Shown one piece after another: positions 10,292 to 20,299 of a stretch of 64,000 nt of DNA. The notes beneath the pieces are model-generated. The model was not told the DNA's origin. It did no database searches and was given only the letters and a program-made list of their open reading frames with translations. Position numbers and translations under genes: made by a program. This DNA is from Rickettsiales bacterium. Its GTDB lineage: Bacteria; Pseudomonadota; Alphaproteobacteria; Rickettsiales; JABSSG01. The first letter of the stretch is position 1. Each line of letters starts with the position of its first letter. Where the stretch lies: NCBI GenBank assembly GCA_018062985.1, contig JAGORE010000001.1, positions 12,661 through 76,660 on the forward strand. Direction: 5' to 3'.

Positions 10292-11004
10292 TGCAGCTAT
10301 CAAAATTATTAGCGCATGCAGGTTTGTGCTCGCGTAGAGATGCCAAAGAAATTATTAAATTTGGTCGAGTAGCGGTTAATGGTATAACACAAGAAAACCC
10401 TCTAACGAAAATCTCTGAGCAAGATATTATAACCTTAGATGGCAATCAGGTCAAGATATCGGAAAATCCAAGGTTATGGCTTTTTAATAAACCTCGTGGT
10501 GTTGTAACAAGTCATAAAGATCCTCAAGGTAGAAAAACTGTGTTTGATTTGTTGCCCCGAACGTTACCAAGAGTTGTTTCTGTTGGCAGGCTAGATATCA
10601 ATTCCGAAGGTTTATTACTATTAACAAACAATGGTGAGGTTGCAAGATTTTTTGAATTGCCTGAAAATAAATTTCGACGCTCTTATCATGTTAGAGTGTA
10701 TGGAAAATTAAATGCGCAAGAATTAAGTAATTTAAAGAATGGTTGCATAATTGATGAAATTAGATATGGTAGTGTTTTAGTACGCATATTAGAGTCTAGA
10801 AGCAGTAACCACTGGCTTGCTGTTTCCCTTACAGAAGGAAAAAACAGAGAAATCCGTAAAATAATGAACCATCTTGGTTTGGAAGTGAGCAAGTTGGTTA
10901 GGGTTAGTTATGGTCCTTTTGAATTAGGCAGTCTAGTTAAAGGTAGTATAAAAGAGGTAAGTTTAGATCATGTTTATAATATCGGGAAAATACCGAGGTC
11001 ATAA
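10291..11004 (+). CDS. rRNA pseudouridine synthase, RsuA/RluB family (S4 domain + catalytic domain)
   Basis: N-terminal S4-like [16 protein letters not shown]. Catalytic [18 protein letters not shown]. Confidence 0.85.
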   Translation: MQLSKLLAHAGLCSRRDAKEIIKFGRVAVNGITQENPLTKISEQDIITLDGNQVKISENPRLWLFNKPRGVVTSHKDPQGRKTVFDLLPRTLPRVVSVGRLDINSEGLLLLTNNGEVARFFELPENKFRRSYHVRVYGKLNAQELSNLKNGCIIDEIRYGSVLVRILESRSSNHWLAVSLTEGKNREIRKIMNHLGLEVSKLVRVSYGPFELGSLVKGSIKEVSLDHVYNIGKIPRS

Positions 11005-11551
11005 AATCAAGACCATTCGTAGCCAAAATTATCGACCTACAACTTCTAAAATTAAAGAGTCAATTTTTAGTATTCTAAGCAGTGGGCAGTTTGTAGATGA
11101 TAGTGGTCGTTCAGTTCTAGATGGTGCAGTAATTATAGATGTGTTTGGTGGTACAGGGGCATTAACTTTTGAGGCTATATCTCGTGGAGCAAAAAAGGGA
11201 ATTATTGTAGAAAAAGATCAGACTAATCTTGAGCTCTTAAAAGACAATATAAAAACATTAAACTTTGATGAAAAAATAATCGCATTATACGGAAATGCAT
11301 GCAATCTAAGTAAAAATAGTGAAGAATGTGATATAGCTTTTGTTGATCCGCCATTTAATCAGGGTTTGATTTCTAAGACTCTTGATAATTTATTACATAA
11401 AGGCTGGGTTAAAGATGGAGGGCTGATAGTAATAGAGAGGCAGTTGCAAGATCTTTATACTGCCAGAGAAGATTGCAATCTAGTATTTTCTAGAAAATAT
11501 GGTAAAGTATGGCTGGAAGTGTTACAGAAATTAGAGAAAAAATGCAGTTAG
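10970..11551 (+). CDS. rsmD: 16S rRNA (guanine966-N2)-methyltransferase RsmD
   Basis: [11 protein letters not shown] start, [21 protein letters not shown] motif and DPPF motif. Confidence 0.8.
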   Translation: MFIISGKYRGHKIKTIRSQNYRPTTSKIKESIFSILSSGQFVDDSGRSVLDGAVIIDVFGGTGALTFEAISRGAKKGIIVEKDQTNLELLKDNIKTLNFDEKIIALYGNACNLSKNSEECDIAFVDPPFNQGLISKTLDNLLHKGWVKDGGLIVIERQLQDLYTAREDCNLVFSRKYGKVWLEVLQKLEKKCS

Positions 11552-12135
11552 TTGAGTGCGCAGCTAAACAAAATAAGCCGTCTAGAGAAGAAGCAAAAGA
11601 GGCTGTAAGAGTGTTATTGAGATGGATAGGCGAAGATCCTGATCGAGAGGGTTTACTTGAAACACCAGAAAGGGTCTTAAAAAGTTATGATAGTTTTTTT
11701 GCTGGATATTCACAAGATTCTGGTGAAATCTTAAATAAGACATTTAATGAAACAGCTGGTTTTGATGATATGGTTTTATTAGATAATATTTCTTTTTCTT
11801 CTTTTTGTGAGCACCACATGTTACCTATAGAGGGTACTGTAAGTTTAGCCTATATACCAAATGGCAAAGTGGTTGGCATAAGCAAGTTAGCAAGAATAGT
11901 AGATGTATTTGCCAAAAGGCTACAATTACAAGAAAGAATGACAGTACAGATTGCTAAAGCAGTGAATAAACATCTTGGTCCTAGAGGTGTAGCAGTGTCA
12001 ATTAATGCGAGTCATAGATGTATGACAATACGTGGTGTAAATAAGAAAAATAGCACAATGAAAACTAACTATTTTATAGGTGACTTTGCTGATAGCCTAA
12101 AAATGCAAAAAAAATTCTTAATGAATATAAAATAA
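11509..12135 (+). CDS. folE: GTP cyclohydrolase I FolE
   Basis: GLLETPERV, FCEHHMLP and RLQLQERMT motifs. The true start may be the ATG at 11542. Confidence 0.9.
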   Translation: MAGSVTEIREKMQLVECAAKQNKPSREEAKEAVRVLLRWIGEDPDREGLLETPERVLKSYDSFFAGYSQDSGEILNKTFNETAGFDDMVLLDNISFSSFCEHHMLPIEGTVSLAYIPNGKVVGISKLARIVDVFAKRLQLQERMTVQIAKAVNKHLGPRGVAVSINASHRCMTIRGVNKKNSTMKTNYFIGDFADSLKMQKKFLMNIK

Positions 12136-12142
12136 AAGGTCT

Positions 12143-13159
12143 GTGATGAAATATAACGTTGCTGTTGTGGGCGCTACAGGGAAGGTAGGTGCAGAAATAT
12201 TTCAAGTGCTAGATCAAGTAAAATTTCCTGTAAACAAGGTATATGCATTAGCTTCTAATAAGTCCATAGGTAAGCAAGTAAGTTTTGGCGATGATAATTT
12301 GATTACCGTTTCGGCTTTAGAAGGTTTTGATTTTAAAGGAGTAGATATAGCCTTTTTTTCTGCAGGTTCTGCAGTGTCAAAACAATATGTGCCTATCGCT
12401 ACAAAAGCTGGTGCGGTTGCTATAGATAATACATCTTATTTTAGAATGGATAGTGATGTTCCTTTGGTTGTGCCGGAAGTCAATGAAAAGGACATTTCCA
12501 TTTTTAAGGAAAGGAAAATTATTGCAAATCCAAATTGCATAGCTATTCCTTTAGCTGTTGCCCTCAATCCTATTCATGATGCGTTGGGCTTAAAGAAGGT
12601 AGTGGTCTCTACATACCAATCTGTATCTGGTGTTGGAAAGCAAGCAATGGATGAGCTTTATGAGCAAACACGAGGTGTTTATGTTTATAAAAAAATATCT
12701 CCAGAAGTGTTTCCAAGACAAATTGCTTTTAATCTTATTCCTCAAATCGATGTCTTTAGAGAAGATGGTTTTACTGGTGAGGAAACAAAAATAATGTCTG
12801 AATTTGGTAAAATTGTTGATAAAAATATAAATATTATAGCAACTTCAGTAAGATCTCCGGTATTTCTGGGGCATTCAATGTCTGTGCATATTGAATGTGA
12901 AGAAGATTCTTCAAAGCAAGAAATACATAGGCTGTTGTCACAGGCGCCTGGGGTGGTTTTAACTGATCAAGATGATCATAATCTTTATGTTACTCCTGTA
13001 GATGTTGCTGGTAAAGATGAAGTCTATGTCTCAAGAGTAAGGCAAGCCCCTTATAACTCTAGAGAATTTTCTTTGTGGATAGTAGCAGATAACATACGCA
13101 AAGGAGCTGCTGTAAATGCTGTGCAAATTGCTCAGGCTGTAATCAAAAAGTTTTTATAA
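12143..13159 (+). CDS. asd: aspartate-semialdehyde dehydrogenase
   Basis: VAVVGATGKVG Rossmann motif, ANPNC active-site Cys, length about 338 aa. Confidence 0.9.
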   Translation: MMKYNVAVVGATGKVGAEIFQVLDQVKFPVNKVYALASNKSIGKQVSFGDDNLITVSALEGFDFKGVDIAFFSAGSAVSKQYVPIATKAGAVAIDNTSYFRMDSDVPLVVPEVNEKDISIFKERKIIANPNCIAIPLAVALNPIHDALGLKKVVVSTYQSVSGVGKQAMDELYEQTRGVYVYKKISPEVFPRQIAFNLIPQIDVFREDGFTGEETKIMSEFGKIVDKNINIIATSVRSPVFLGHSMSVHIECEEDSSKQEIHRLLSQAPGVVLTDQDDHNLYVTPVDVAGKDEVYVSRVRQAPYNSREFSLWIVADNIRKGAAVNAVQIAQAVIKKFL

Positions 13160-13220
13160 CTCTCTAATATCTTTGATCTTTTGTATTTTTAAGTTACACT
13201 TTTGAAGTCACGATTAATCA

Positions 13221-14231
13221 ATGCTTGAAGTTATGCGTCACTTTTTGACTTTAATTCTAATGTTATTATCAAATCTAGCTATAGCATATGATATGTCAAA
13301 GAAAATAGATTTTGATATTTCTATGGGGATAGCAAATAAACCAACATATGATTTTATGTTTAGGCATTCAAAATCTGCAGAGTACTATCATACATTTCGC
13401 AAGCTTTATAATAGTAATTATCATAGGCAGTCTGCTCAGGAGCCAAGGATCCCCAAAATAATTCATCAGATATGGCTCGGAGGTGAGTTACCTAGGTTTT
13501 TTAATAATTATATTGAAACATGTAAACAAGTAAATCCAGGCTGGGAATACAAATTTTGGACAGAAAAAGACCTTGATAAATTATCTTATAACAAAGATGT
13601 GGTATATGCCCTTAAAGGTAGATTAGATGTTACCAAAGATTATTTAATGCATGTAATATTGGATCAGTTTGGTGGCGTATTTATGGATGTTGATTATGCT
13701 TGTTTTAAACCTTTTGAACAATTAAATTATCAATATGATGCGTGGTTTGCGATTGAACCTAGTGGGTGGTGGAAGAAGATTCCCACAATCAGTTATAGCA
13801 TTATTGCAGCAAAGGCAAATTATCCTGTTATACAAAAAACTCTAAAGGATATAGAGCAATATTCGTTAGATAAAGATTTTAGGATAAGGCATAACAAAGA
13901 GTATACTCATAGGTCTGTTAAGGCAGATATAATTTTTTCATCAGTACAGATGTTCGAAGGGATTAATATAAATGAATACTGTAAGCATAACAGTTGTGAC
14001 AATGTTATGATTTTTCCTGCCACATACTTTTTACCTAGAGTACATGTTGGCTGGATGGTCGACAATATGAAGAAATTTTCTTTACTTGATACACTCAAGA
14101 TGCATTTTGGTCTTGCAGAGCACGCAGTTATTTATGACGAAATTAAGCCTGAAACAATAGCAATGAATGACTTTAATGCAAAAGCTAAAATAAACCCATT
14201 GTACTACAAAGAGAAAAGCTCTAATTATTAA
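13221..14231 (+). CDS. DXD-motif glycosyltransferase (Gly_transf_sug / GT32-like) with N-terminal signal or anchor
   Basis: IPKIIHQIWLGGELP...NPGWEYKFWTEKDL and FGGVFMDVDY (DXD). Hydrophobic N-terminus LTLILMLLSNLAIA. Confidence 0.6.
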   Translation: MLEVMRHFLTLILMLLSNLAIAYDMSKKIDFDISMGIANKPTYDFMFRHSKSAEYYHTFRKLYNSNYHRQSAQEPRIPKIIHQIWLGGELPRFFNNYIETCKQVNPGWEYKFWTEKDLDKLSYNKDVVYALKGRLDVTKDYLMHVILDQFGGVFMDVDYACFKPFEQLNYQYDAWFAIEPSGWWKKIPTISYSIIAAKANYPVIQKTLKDIEQYSLDKDFRIRHNKEYTHRSVKADIIFSSVQMFEGININEYCKHNSCDNVMIFPATYFLPRVHVGWMVDNMKKFSLLDTLKMHFGLAEHAVIYDEIKPETIAMNDFNAKAKINPLYYKEKSSNY

Positions 14232-14659
14232 AATGGAATCTCGTCATCAAGGTCATCTATTGACATATTAGATGATTCTGACTCGGACAAGCTGTTTGTT
14301 GTGTCGTTCTTGCCGCTTAATAAAATAAGGCTTGAGTTAAACTGTTGCAATACTACTTCTGTTGTATATCTTTCTTGATTGTTATTATCAGTCCATTTGC
14401 GTGTTTGTAATGAACCCTCTAGATAGACTTTGGTACCTTTTTTTACATAATTTTTAATTATATTTACAATACCTTCTGAAAAAGCTACTACTCTATGCCA
14501 CTCTGTTTTTTCTGTTTTTTCTCCAGTGCTTCTATCTTTCCAAGATTCGGAAGTTGCAACTACAAGTGATGCAATTTCTTTGCCACTTTGTGTACTGCGT
14601 ATTTCCGGATCTTTCCCTACATTTCCAATTATGATTACTTTATTTAAACTACTTGCCAT
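14228..14659 (-). CDS. ssb: single-stranded DNA-binding protein
   Basis: LNKVIIIGNVGKDPEIR OB-fold start and acidic tail DDLDDEIPF. Divergent from uvrA. Confidence 0.9.
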   Translation of the reverse strand: MASSLNKVIIIGNVGKDPEIRSTQSGKEIASLVVATSESWKDRSTGEKTEKTEWHRVVAFSEGIVNIIKNYVKKGTKVYLEGSLQTRKWTDNNNQERYTTEVVLQQFNSSLILLSGKNDTTNSLSESESSNMSIDDLDDEIPF

Positions 14660-14738
14660 AAAAAATCCTTGCGTTATAAAAGTATACTATATTAGTGTGT
14701 AATACATTAATATTTAAATTGCAAAGATAAAATTACAG

Positions 14739-17579
14739 ATGACAGATAAAATAACTATACTAGGTGCTCGTGAGCATAATTTAAAAAACATAGATATATC
14801 TTTACCTAAAAATAAATTGATAGTTATTACAGGGGTTAGTGGCTCTGGTAAGTCATCTCTTGCTTTTGATACTCTGTATGCAGAGGGGCGGAGACGATAT
14901 GTAGAAAGTTTATCTGCATACGCAAGGCAATTTCTGCAATTACAAAACAAACCAGATGTTGATTCCATTTCTGGTCTTTCTCCTGCAATTGCTATAGATC
15001 AAAAGAGTACTTCTAAAAACCCTAGATCTACTGTGGGTACTATTACAGAAATCTATGATTATTTGAGATTATTATATGCAAGAATAGGTGTACCATATTC
15101 GCCAGTGACAGGTAAACCTATAGAAAAACAATCGGCATCGCAGATTGCAGAAAAAATACAAATGCAGCAGTTCGGCAAAAAAATATATATTATGGCCCCA
15201 ATCGTTCGTGGTGGCAAAGGTGAACATCAAAAAGAACTGTTTCTGGCTAAAAAACATGGGTTTCAGAGAGTAAAAATTGACAATATTGTCTATGATATCG
15301 ATGACCTTCCCTCAATAGATAAAAATAAGAAACATGATATTGATATCATAATAGATCGTCTCCAAATTGACAAAGAGCCAGATAATAGACTAGTAGACAG
15401 TGTTGAAACAGCTCTAAAATATGGGGATGGGATTATCAAAGTAGAGATAATTGATGAAACAAGCGATAATGATAATGAAATTCTATTGTTTTCAGAGAAA
15501 TTTGCATGCCCTGTATCTGGTTTTCAATTAGATGAGATCGAGCCTAGGTTATTTTCTTTTAATAGTCCCTTTGGTGCTTGTCCAGCATGTGAAGGGATGG
15601 GGTTAGAAAAATTCTTTGATCCTAAGTTAGTTATATCAAATTCTAAGTTGTCTATACGCGAAGGTGCTATAGCTCCGTGGGAAATTATGAAATCACGGTA
15701 CCATAATTATATTTTGGAAGGTCTGAGCAAACATTATAAGTTCAATTTAGATTGGGCTTTTGAAAGGTTGCCAAAAGAAGTACAAAATATTATTTTATAT
15801 GGATCTGGAGATGAACAAATCGAAATGCCTTATAGTGATGGTGTAAGCTCAAGTAAAGTAAAAAAAGTTTTTGATGGTGTCATTAATAGTATGGAAGAAG
15901 CTTTGAAAGATCAAGGCGGTATTTGGGGAGAAGAAGCTCTAGCTAAGTTCCAGGCAACTAGAGGATGTAAAGAGTGCAATGGATATAGATTAAAAAAAGA
16001 AGCTTTGTGTGTTAAAATTGGTGGCGAAGATATTGGTTATATAGCTAGCGTGAATATAAATAAAGTGCTTGAATGGCTGGAAGGTTTCGCAGGTATTTTA
16101 ACAAAATCCCAACAAGAAATTTCAAGAAAGATTGTGAGTGAATTAAATCGAAGATTGCAGTTTTTAGTTAATGTTGGTTTGAATTATTTAACCTTATCAC
16201 GTTCATCTGCCACTTTGTCAGGTGGTGAAAGTCAGCGTATTAGATTAGCTTCACAGATAGGCTCTGGATTGACAGGAGTTATATATGTACTAGATGAACC
16301 TTCTATCGGGTTACATCAAAGTGATAATATGAAGTTGATAAAAACTTTAAGAAACTTGACGGATATTGGCAATACGGTTGTGGTTGTTGAGCACGACGAT
16401 GAAACTATAATGGCGGCCGATCACGTTGTTGATGTTGGAATTGGTGCTGGGATATATGGTGGAAGCATTATTTCTGAAGGTACGCCTGCAGAAATTATGA
16501 AAGATGAGAAAAGTTTGACTGGTAGATATTTAAGTGGTAAAGAAAAAATTGATGTGCCAAAAGTATGGCGTAAAGGTATACCAAATAAGAGTGTAAAATT
16601 ATCTGGAGTTACCACAAATAATCTACAAAATGTATCTATAGAAATACCTCTTGGCACCTTTACATCAATTACTGGAGTGTCAGGTAGTGGTAAGTCTAGC
16701 CTAGTAATGCAGACCTTGTACAAGGCTTTAATAAGTAAAACAGATGATCAATATATTGAGTGTGGTGATTATAAATCTTTAGAAGGTGTTGAATTTATAG
16801 ACAAAGTCATAGATATCAATCAATCACCAATTGGTAGAACTCCGCGTTCAAATCCCGCTACTTATACTGGGATTTTTACTTTAATTCGAGACTTGTTTGC
16901 TGGATTGCCTGAGTCAAAAGCTCGTGGATATAAACCATCGCGTTTCTCATTTAATGTTAAAGGTGGGCGTTGTGAAACCTGTCAGGGAGATGGGTTAATA
17001 AAGATAGAAATGCATTTCTTGCCAGATGTTTATATTGAGTGTGAAGAATGTCATAATAAGCGATATAACAAAGAAACGTTAGAAGTTAAGTATCGTGGGA
17101 AATCAATTTCTGATATTTTGAACATGACTGTTGATAATGCTCTAGAGTTCTTTGATAAAATGCCATCAATCAAGGAAAAAATAGAAACACTGCATAATGT
17201 AGGTTTGGGATATATACAAATAGGACAGTCTGCAACTACGTTATCTGGTGGTGAAGCTCAAAGGATTAAGTTAGCTAAGGAGCTTTCAAAAAGATCTACA
17301 GGTAGGACATTCTATATTCTTGATGAACCAACAACCGGGTTGCATATTGATGATATTAAAAAATTGTTGAAGGTACTGCATTATTTAGTTGATTTAGGCA
17401 ATACTGTTGTAGTGATTGAGCATAATTTAGATGTAATAAAAACTTCAGACTATATTATCGATGTTGGACCAGGTGGTGGTGATAAAGGTGGAAAAATTGT
17501 TGCTACTGGTCATCCAACGCAAATAATCGAAAACAAAGAAAGCTTAACTGGGCAGTTTTTGAAAAAACATTATTGCTGA
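14739..17579 (+). CDS. uvrA: excinuclease ABC subunit UvrA
   Basis: Two ABC modules (GVSGSGKSSL twice, LSGGE twice), zinc-finger Cys clusters, 946 aa. Confidence 0.95.
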   Translation: MTDKITILGAREHNLKNIDISLPKNKLIVITGVSGSGKSSLAFDTLYAEGRRRYVESLSAYARQFLQLQNKPDVDSISGLSPAIAIDQKSTSKNPRSTVGTITEIYDYLRLLYARIGVPYSPVTGKPIEKQSASQIAEKIQMQQFGKKIYIMAPIVRGGKGEHQKELFLAKKHGFQRVKIDNIVYDIDDLPSIDKNKKHDIDIIIDRLQIDKEPDNRLVDSVETALKYGDGIIKVEIIDETSDNDNEILLFSEKFACPVSGFQLDEIEPRLFSFNSPFGACPACEGMGLEKFFDPKLVISNSKLSIREGAIAPWEIMKSRYHNYILEGLSKHYKFNLDWAFERLPKEVQNIILYGSGDEQIEMPYSDGVSSSKVKKVFDGVINSMEEALKDQGGIWGEEALAKFQATRGCKECNGYRLKKEALCVKIGGEDIGYIASVNINKVLEWLEGFAGILTKSQQEISRKIVSELNRRLQFLVNVGLNYLTLSRSSATLSGGESQRIRLASQIGSGLTGVIYVLDEPSIGLHQSDNMKLIKTLRNLTDIGNTVVVVEHDDETIMAADHVVDVGIGAGIYGGSIISEGTPAEIMKDEKSLTGRYLSGKEKIDVPKVWRKGIPNKSVKLSGVTTNNLQNVSIEIPLGTFTSITGVSGSGKSSLVMQTLYKALISKTDDQYIECGDYKSLEGVEFIDKVIDINQSPIGRTPRSNPATYTGIFTLIRDLFAGLPESKARGYKPSRFSFNVKGGRCETCQGDGLIKIEMHFLPDVYIECEECHNKRYNKETLEVKYRGKSISDILNMTVDNALEFFDKMPSIKEKIETLHNVGLGYIQIGQSATTLSGGEAQRIKLAKELSKRSTGRTFYILDEPTTGLHIDDIKKLLKVLHYLVDLGNTVVVIEHNLDVIKTSDYIIDVGPGGGDKGGKIVATGHPTQIIENKESLTGQFLKKHYC

Positions 17580-17915
17580 TCTTTTGCTTTCGGAATTAGT
17601 AAAATAAAAATAGTCTTGAAGATTATAAGACAAAAACACTTAATAAATCCCTTGAATGTTGTAAGTTAATGTTGTTTACAAGCCTTACTTCTGCTTTATT
17701 GAATTCTTTGAATACAGCTAGTTCACTCGAAAATTCTTCTTTTCTTCTTGAACATTTCTCATCTGATTTTTAATTTTAAATCATCCTTCCCACTAACTGT
17801 TTATTAAGCTTTATTAACTATTAGTAAATATTTTAATAATTATATAAAATACATTGACATGTTTTAAAAATAAGAATAATTAAGTATTTGTAAAAATAAT
17901 TAACACAAAGTAAAC

Positions 17916-19832
17916 GTGGGTGATTTAGATCAAAATATAGTAGGAACAGTTGGAGTGGTTATTGTTGATAGTCACAATCAGTATGCTATACACAATATTT
18001 CTGAACAAGAAGAGCAAACTGGAACACATGCTGATCTCAAGGAAGTAAGTTTAGTTATTGATACAGTGGTGCTATTTCCCGATAGTGTCAATGTTATGAA
18101 TAATTTTGCAGATGCAACTCATACTAGTATCACTATCGACGATAGTAGAATTTGTACTGTAGATAAAGCAAGCAACAAGCCATTCTTTAGTTTGCTTAAT
18201 CCAACACAAGATAAAGCGCTAGACAATAGTTTTGCCGCTTATTCACAAGATTTTCTTCATTTTCTCTATAACACTTATGTATCAGTGAATGAGTTTTTGA
18301 AACAACATGATCCATTTCCAAATTTTTTAGTCATTCCAGGGGTAGCTGCACAAAGAGGCGCAGCTCGTGCGGCTGCTTCAACATCTGCAACGCAACGAGG
18401 TAGTTCAAGTAGATATAGGACGTCTTCCTTTGATTCATCCTCTCTTCCTGCACCAGCAAACTACAATATTCCACCTGCTGCCAATAGTAATTTTAGAGCA
18501 CCTGTTTTTCCGGGAGACGCACCACCTATTCGATTCTCAACGCAAAGAACTACACCATCCACCTTTCCCATGAGTACTCCTTCTACGGCTTACTATCCAA
18601 CAAACGGGATGGGGATGGTGCGTCAGTTTCATGAACCTGCCAGCATTTTCTCGCCAACCAATTATCCGTCTTATCAATATCCTGGTCTCAGCTTTCCTTC
18701 AAGCAAGCCCTTTTCTTCTTCCAGTTCTTTAAGCTCATATCCAAGCTCTAGCTCTTTTCCTTCTTATTCCATCACGCCTAAGCTTCCAACGCTTAGTTTT
18801 TCTTCATATAGTCCTCTTTCCTCTTTCAGCGTTGTTCAACATCTTGGCTCTACTCCTTCCACCGCGTACTCTCTGGGTGAACCTACTGATTTTAGCTCAC
18901 ATTTTCGCCCCCTCTCTGAAATCTATTATATTCCTCTTCCTACAAAAGAGATATTTCCAGAATTTCTGCATGTGTCATTACCTGAGGTGCTCCAAATCCA
19001 AGGACTTACACTGGAAGATTCAAACCACTTGAGAGAATGGAAAGTGGCCAGGCATAAGTTCTACATGCAAAGAATCCAATGGGCCTTAAAACAAACATAC
19101 AGAATTTTATTTATAAATTGTATTCCTATAGATGAAGAATACATCAAAAACATCTTACGAAAAGTTGACTTAGCAGTAATTGAGAATGCCTTAGCCAGCG
19201 GCTTTGTACTTAATACTTTAGCTTCGCAAGCAGATTCTGAGCTCTATATCCAGAGAATGAAATATAGACAAGAAGTCGTAAATGAGAACTATGCAAACTA
19301 TCAAGCTTGGTTTCTGTATCAAGAGCTTATCGAGCAAAGACAAAGAGCAAAATATAAAGCAGAAGAGCATGCAAATGCCAAACGCTCTGCTGCTGGGGCA
19401 TCTAACGGCGGCAATGGTGGAAATTCTACAGGTAGTGATAATATTGATGAAGTGGCAAAGGCTGCTAAAACTGAAGATGCTCCGTCTGATTCAGCTCAGC
19501 AAGGCATTAGCCACTTGCCACAATTGAGGCAAGAATATATAAAAGAAGTAAGAGGGTTAACTGAAGTTGTAGATAAACTGCGAAATCAAGGAAAGACTCC
19601 TGAAGAAATTGCTCGTATAGTTAGTAACATGAGACGTGATCTCGGAATTAAGTATAAAGATATGACACCTCCAGAATTACGGGACATTTATTACAAAGCG
19701 AACATTAAAGAGTACGGTGATCCGCTTGGTCCAACTGTAGAACACCTGCGGAGCGAAGGCAAAACTTGGGAGGAAATAATTGCGAGCGCTTGTAGAGAGG
19801 GAGGAAGGGGTTTGCCTGGAACAAAAATTTAG
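17916..19832 (+). CDS. polymorphic-toxin-like protein: unrecognised N-terminal region, S/P/F/Y-rich disordered segment, helical pre-toxin region, G/N-rich junction and a C-terminal module of about 130 aa
   Basis: 638-aa ORF; GTG start, uncertain, no obvious SD. Residues VIENALASGFVLNT and AAGASNGGN recur at the start of the downstream orphan cassettes. Followed 15 nt later by a small putative immunity ORF. Confidence 0.7.
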   Translation: MGDLDQNIVGTVGVVIVDSHNQYAIHNISEQEEQTGTHADLKEVSLVIDTVVLFPDSVNVMNNFADATHTSITIDDSRICTVDKASNKPFFSLLNPTQDKALDNSFAAYSQDFLHFLYNTYVSVNEFLKQHDPFPNFLVIPGVAAQRGAARAAASTSATQRGSSSRYRTSSFDSSSLPAPANYNIPPAANSNFRAPVFPGDAPPIRFSTQRTTPSTFPMSTPSTAYYPTNGMGMVRQFHEPASIFSPTNYPSYQYPGLSFPSSKPFSSSSSLSSYPSSSSFPSYSITPKLPTLSFSSYSPLSSFSVVQHLGSTPSTAYSLGEPTDFSSHFRPLSEIYYIPLPTKEIFPEFLHVSLPEVLQIQGLTLEDSNHLREWKVARHKFYMQRIQWALKQTYRILFINCIPIDEEYIKNILRKVDLAVIENALASGFVLNTLASQADSELYIQRMKYRQEVVNENYANYQAWFLYQELIEQRQRAKYKAEEHANAKRSAAGASNGGNGGNSTGSDNIDEVAKAAKTEDAPSDSAQQGISHLPQLRQEYIKEVRGLTEVVDKLRNQGKTPEEIARIVSNMRRDLGIKYKDMTPPELRDIYYKANIKEYGDPLGPTVEHLRSEGKTWEEIIASACREGGRGLPGTKI

Positions 19833-19847
19833 AAATGAGGATTGATA

Positions 19848-20156
19848 ATGAAAGGACCGTTTTTTCAGCAAAATCGAATTGGTTATGAGATTCTTTGGGA
19901 CTCTTGTTTTGATGATGTTGATATTGCTGTTGACAAAATTAAGCTCAAATATGATGTGAATATAAAAGAAAAAATTGAAGTTTTTGATAGTTATTGGATT
20001 GTATCTGATATTAATCAGAAATATACTATATGTGTTAGATATCACGATCCTGTGGGGCTTAGGATTTATGCTGAGAATGAAGAATCAAATATTATTGTAA
20101 CTGAGATAGCAGAATATTTAGATAAAGAGTTTAATGGTTTAAAGAAGAAGCAATAA
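19848..20156 (+). CDS. putative cognate immunity protein of the 17916-19832 toxin (family not recognised)
   Basis: 102-aa ORF 15 nt downstream of the toxin stop with GAGGA 6 nt upstream of ATG 19848 (ORF open from TTG 19842). Position and size match toxin-immunity pairs. Lacks the Cys4 motif of the other four. Confidence 0.5.
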   Translation: MKGPFFQQNRIGYEILWDSCFDDVDIAVDKIKLKYDVNIKEKIEVFDSYWIVSDINQKYTICVRYHDPVGLRIYAENEESNIIVTEIAEYLDKEFNGLKKKQ

Positions 20157-20299
20157 AATGTTTAAAAGATATTGGGATTTTAAAATAAAAGATATAGCTC
20201 TCTGTCTTCACCAGGATAACTTTTTAGGAATTAGTCTTTTTGCTGCTGAAGCAAAAGAGTTTCTTACAAATTGAAATCTAGATTTTTTTAAAAGGGTGT

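Noticed and set aside
14660-14738. Possible SOS (LexA) box in the ssb-uvrA divergent promoter region
   Set aside because: No alphaproteobacterial GTTC-N7-GTTC / GAAC-N7-GAAC direct repeat, nor a CTGT-N8-ACAG palindrome, is present in the 79-nt spacer.
17854-17882. Sigma-70 promoter for the main toxin gene (TTGACA at 17854-17859)
   Set aside because: The -35 element is perfect. However, the best -10 candidates are AATAAT with a 15-nt spacer or TAATTA with a 17-nt spacer. In such AT-rich DNA this is not distinguishable from chance, so it is not listed as a feature.
19282-19527. Alternative-frame ORFs 19282-19527, 21688-21930 and 22523-22765 sharing LLGHLTAA
   Set aside because: The shared peptide is only the out-of-frame translation of the 28-nt identity island in the toxin genes. 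There is no independent coding evidence.
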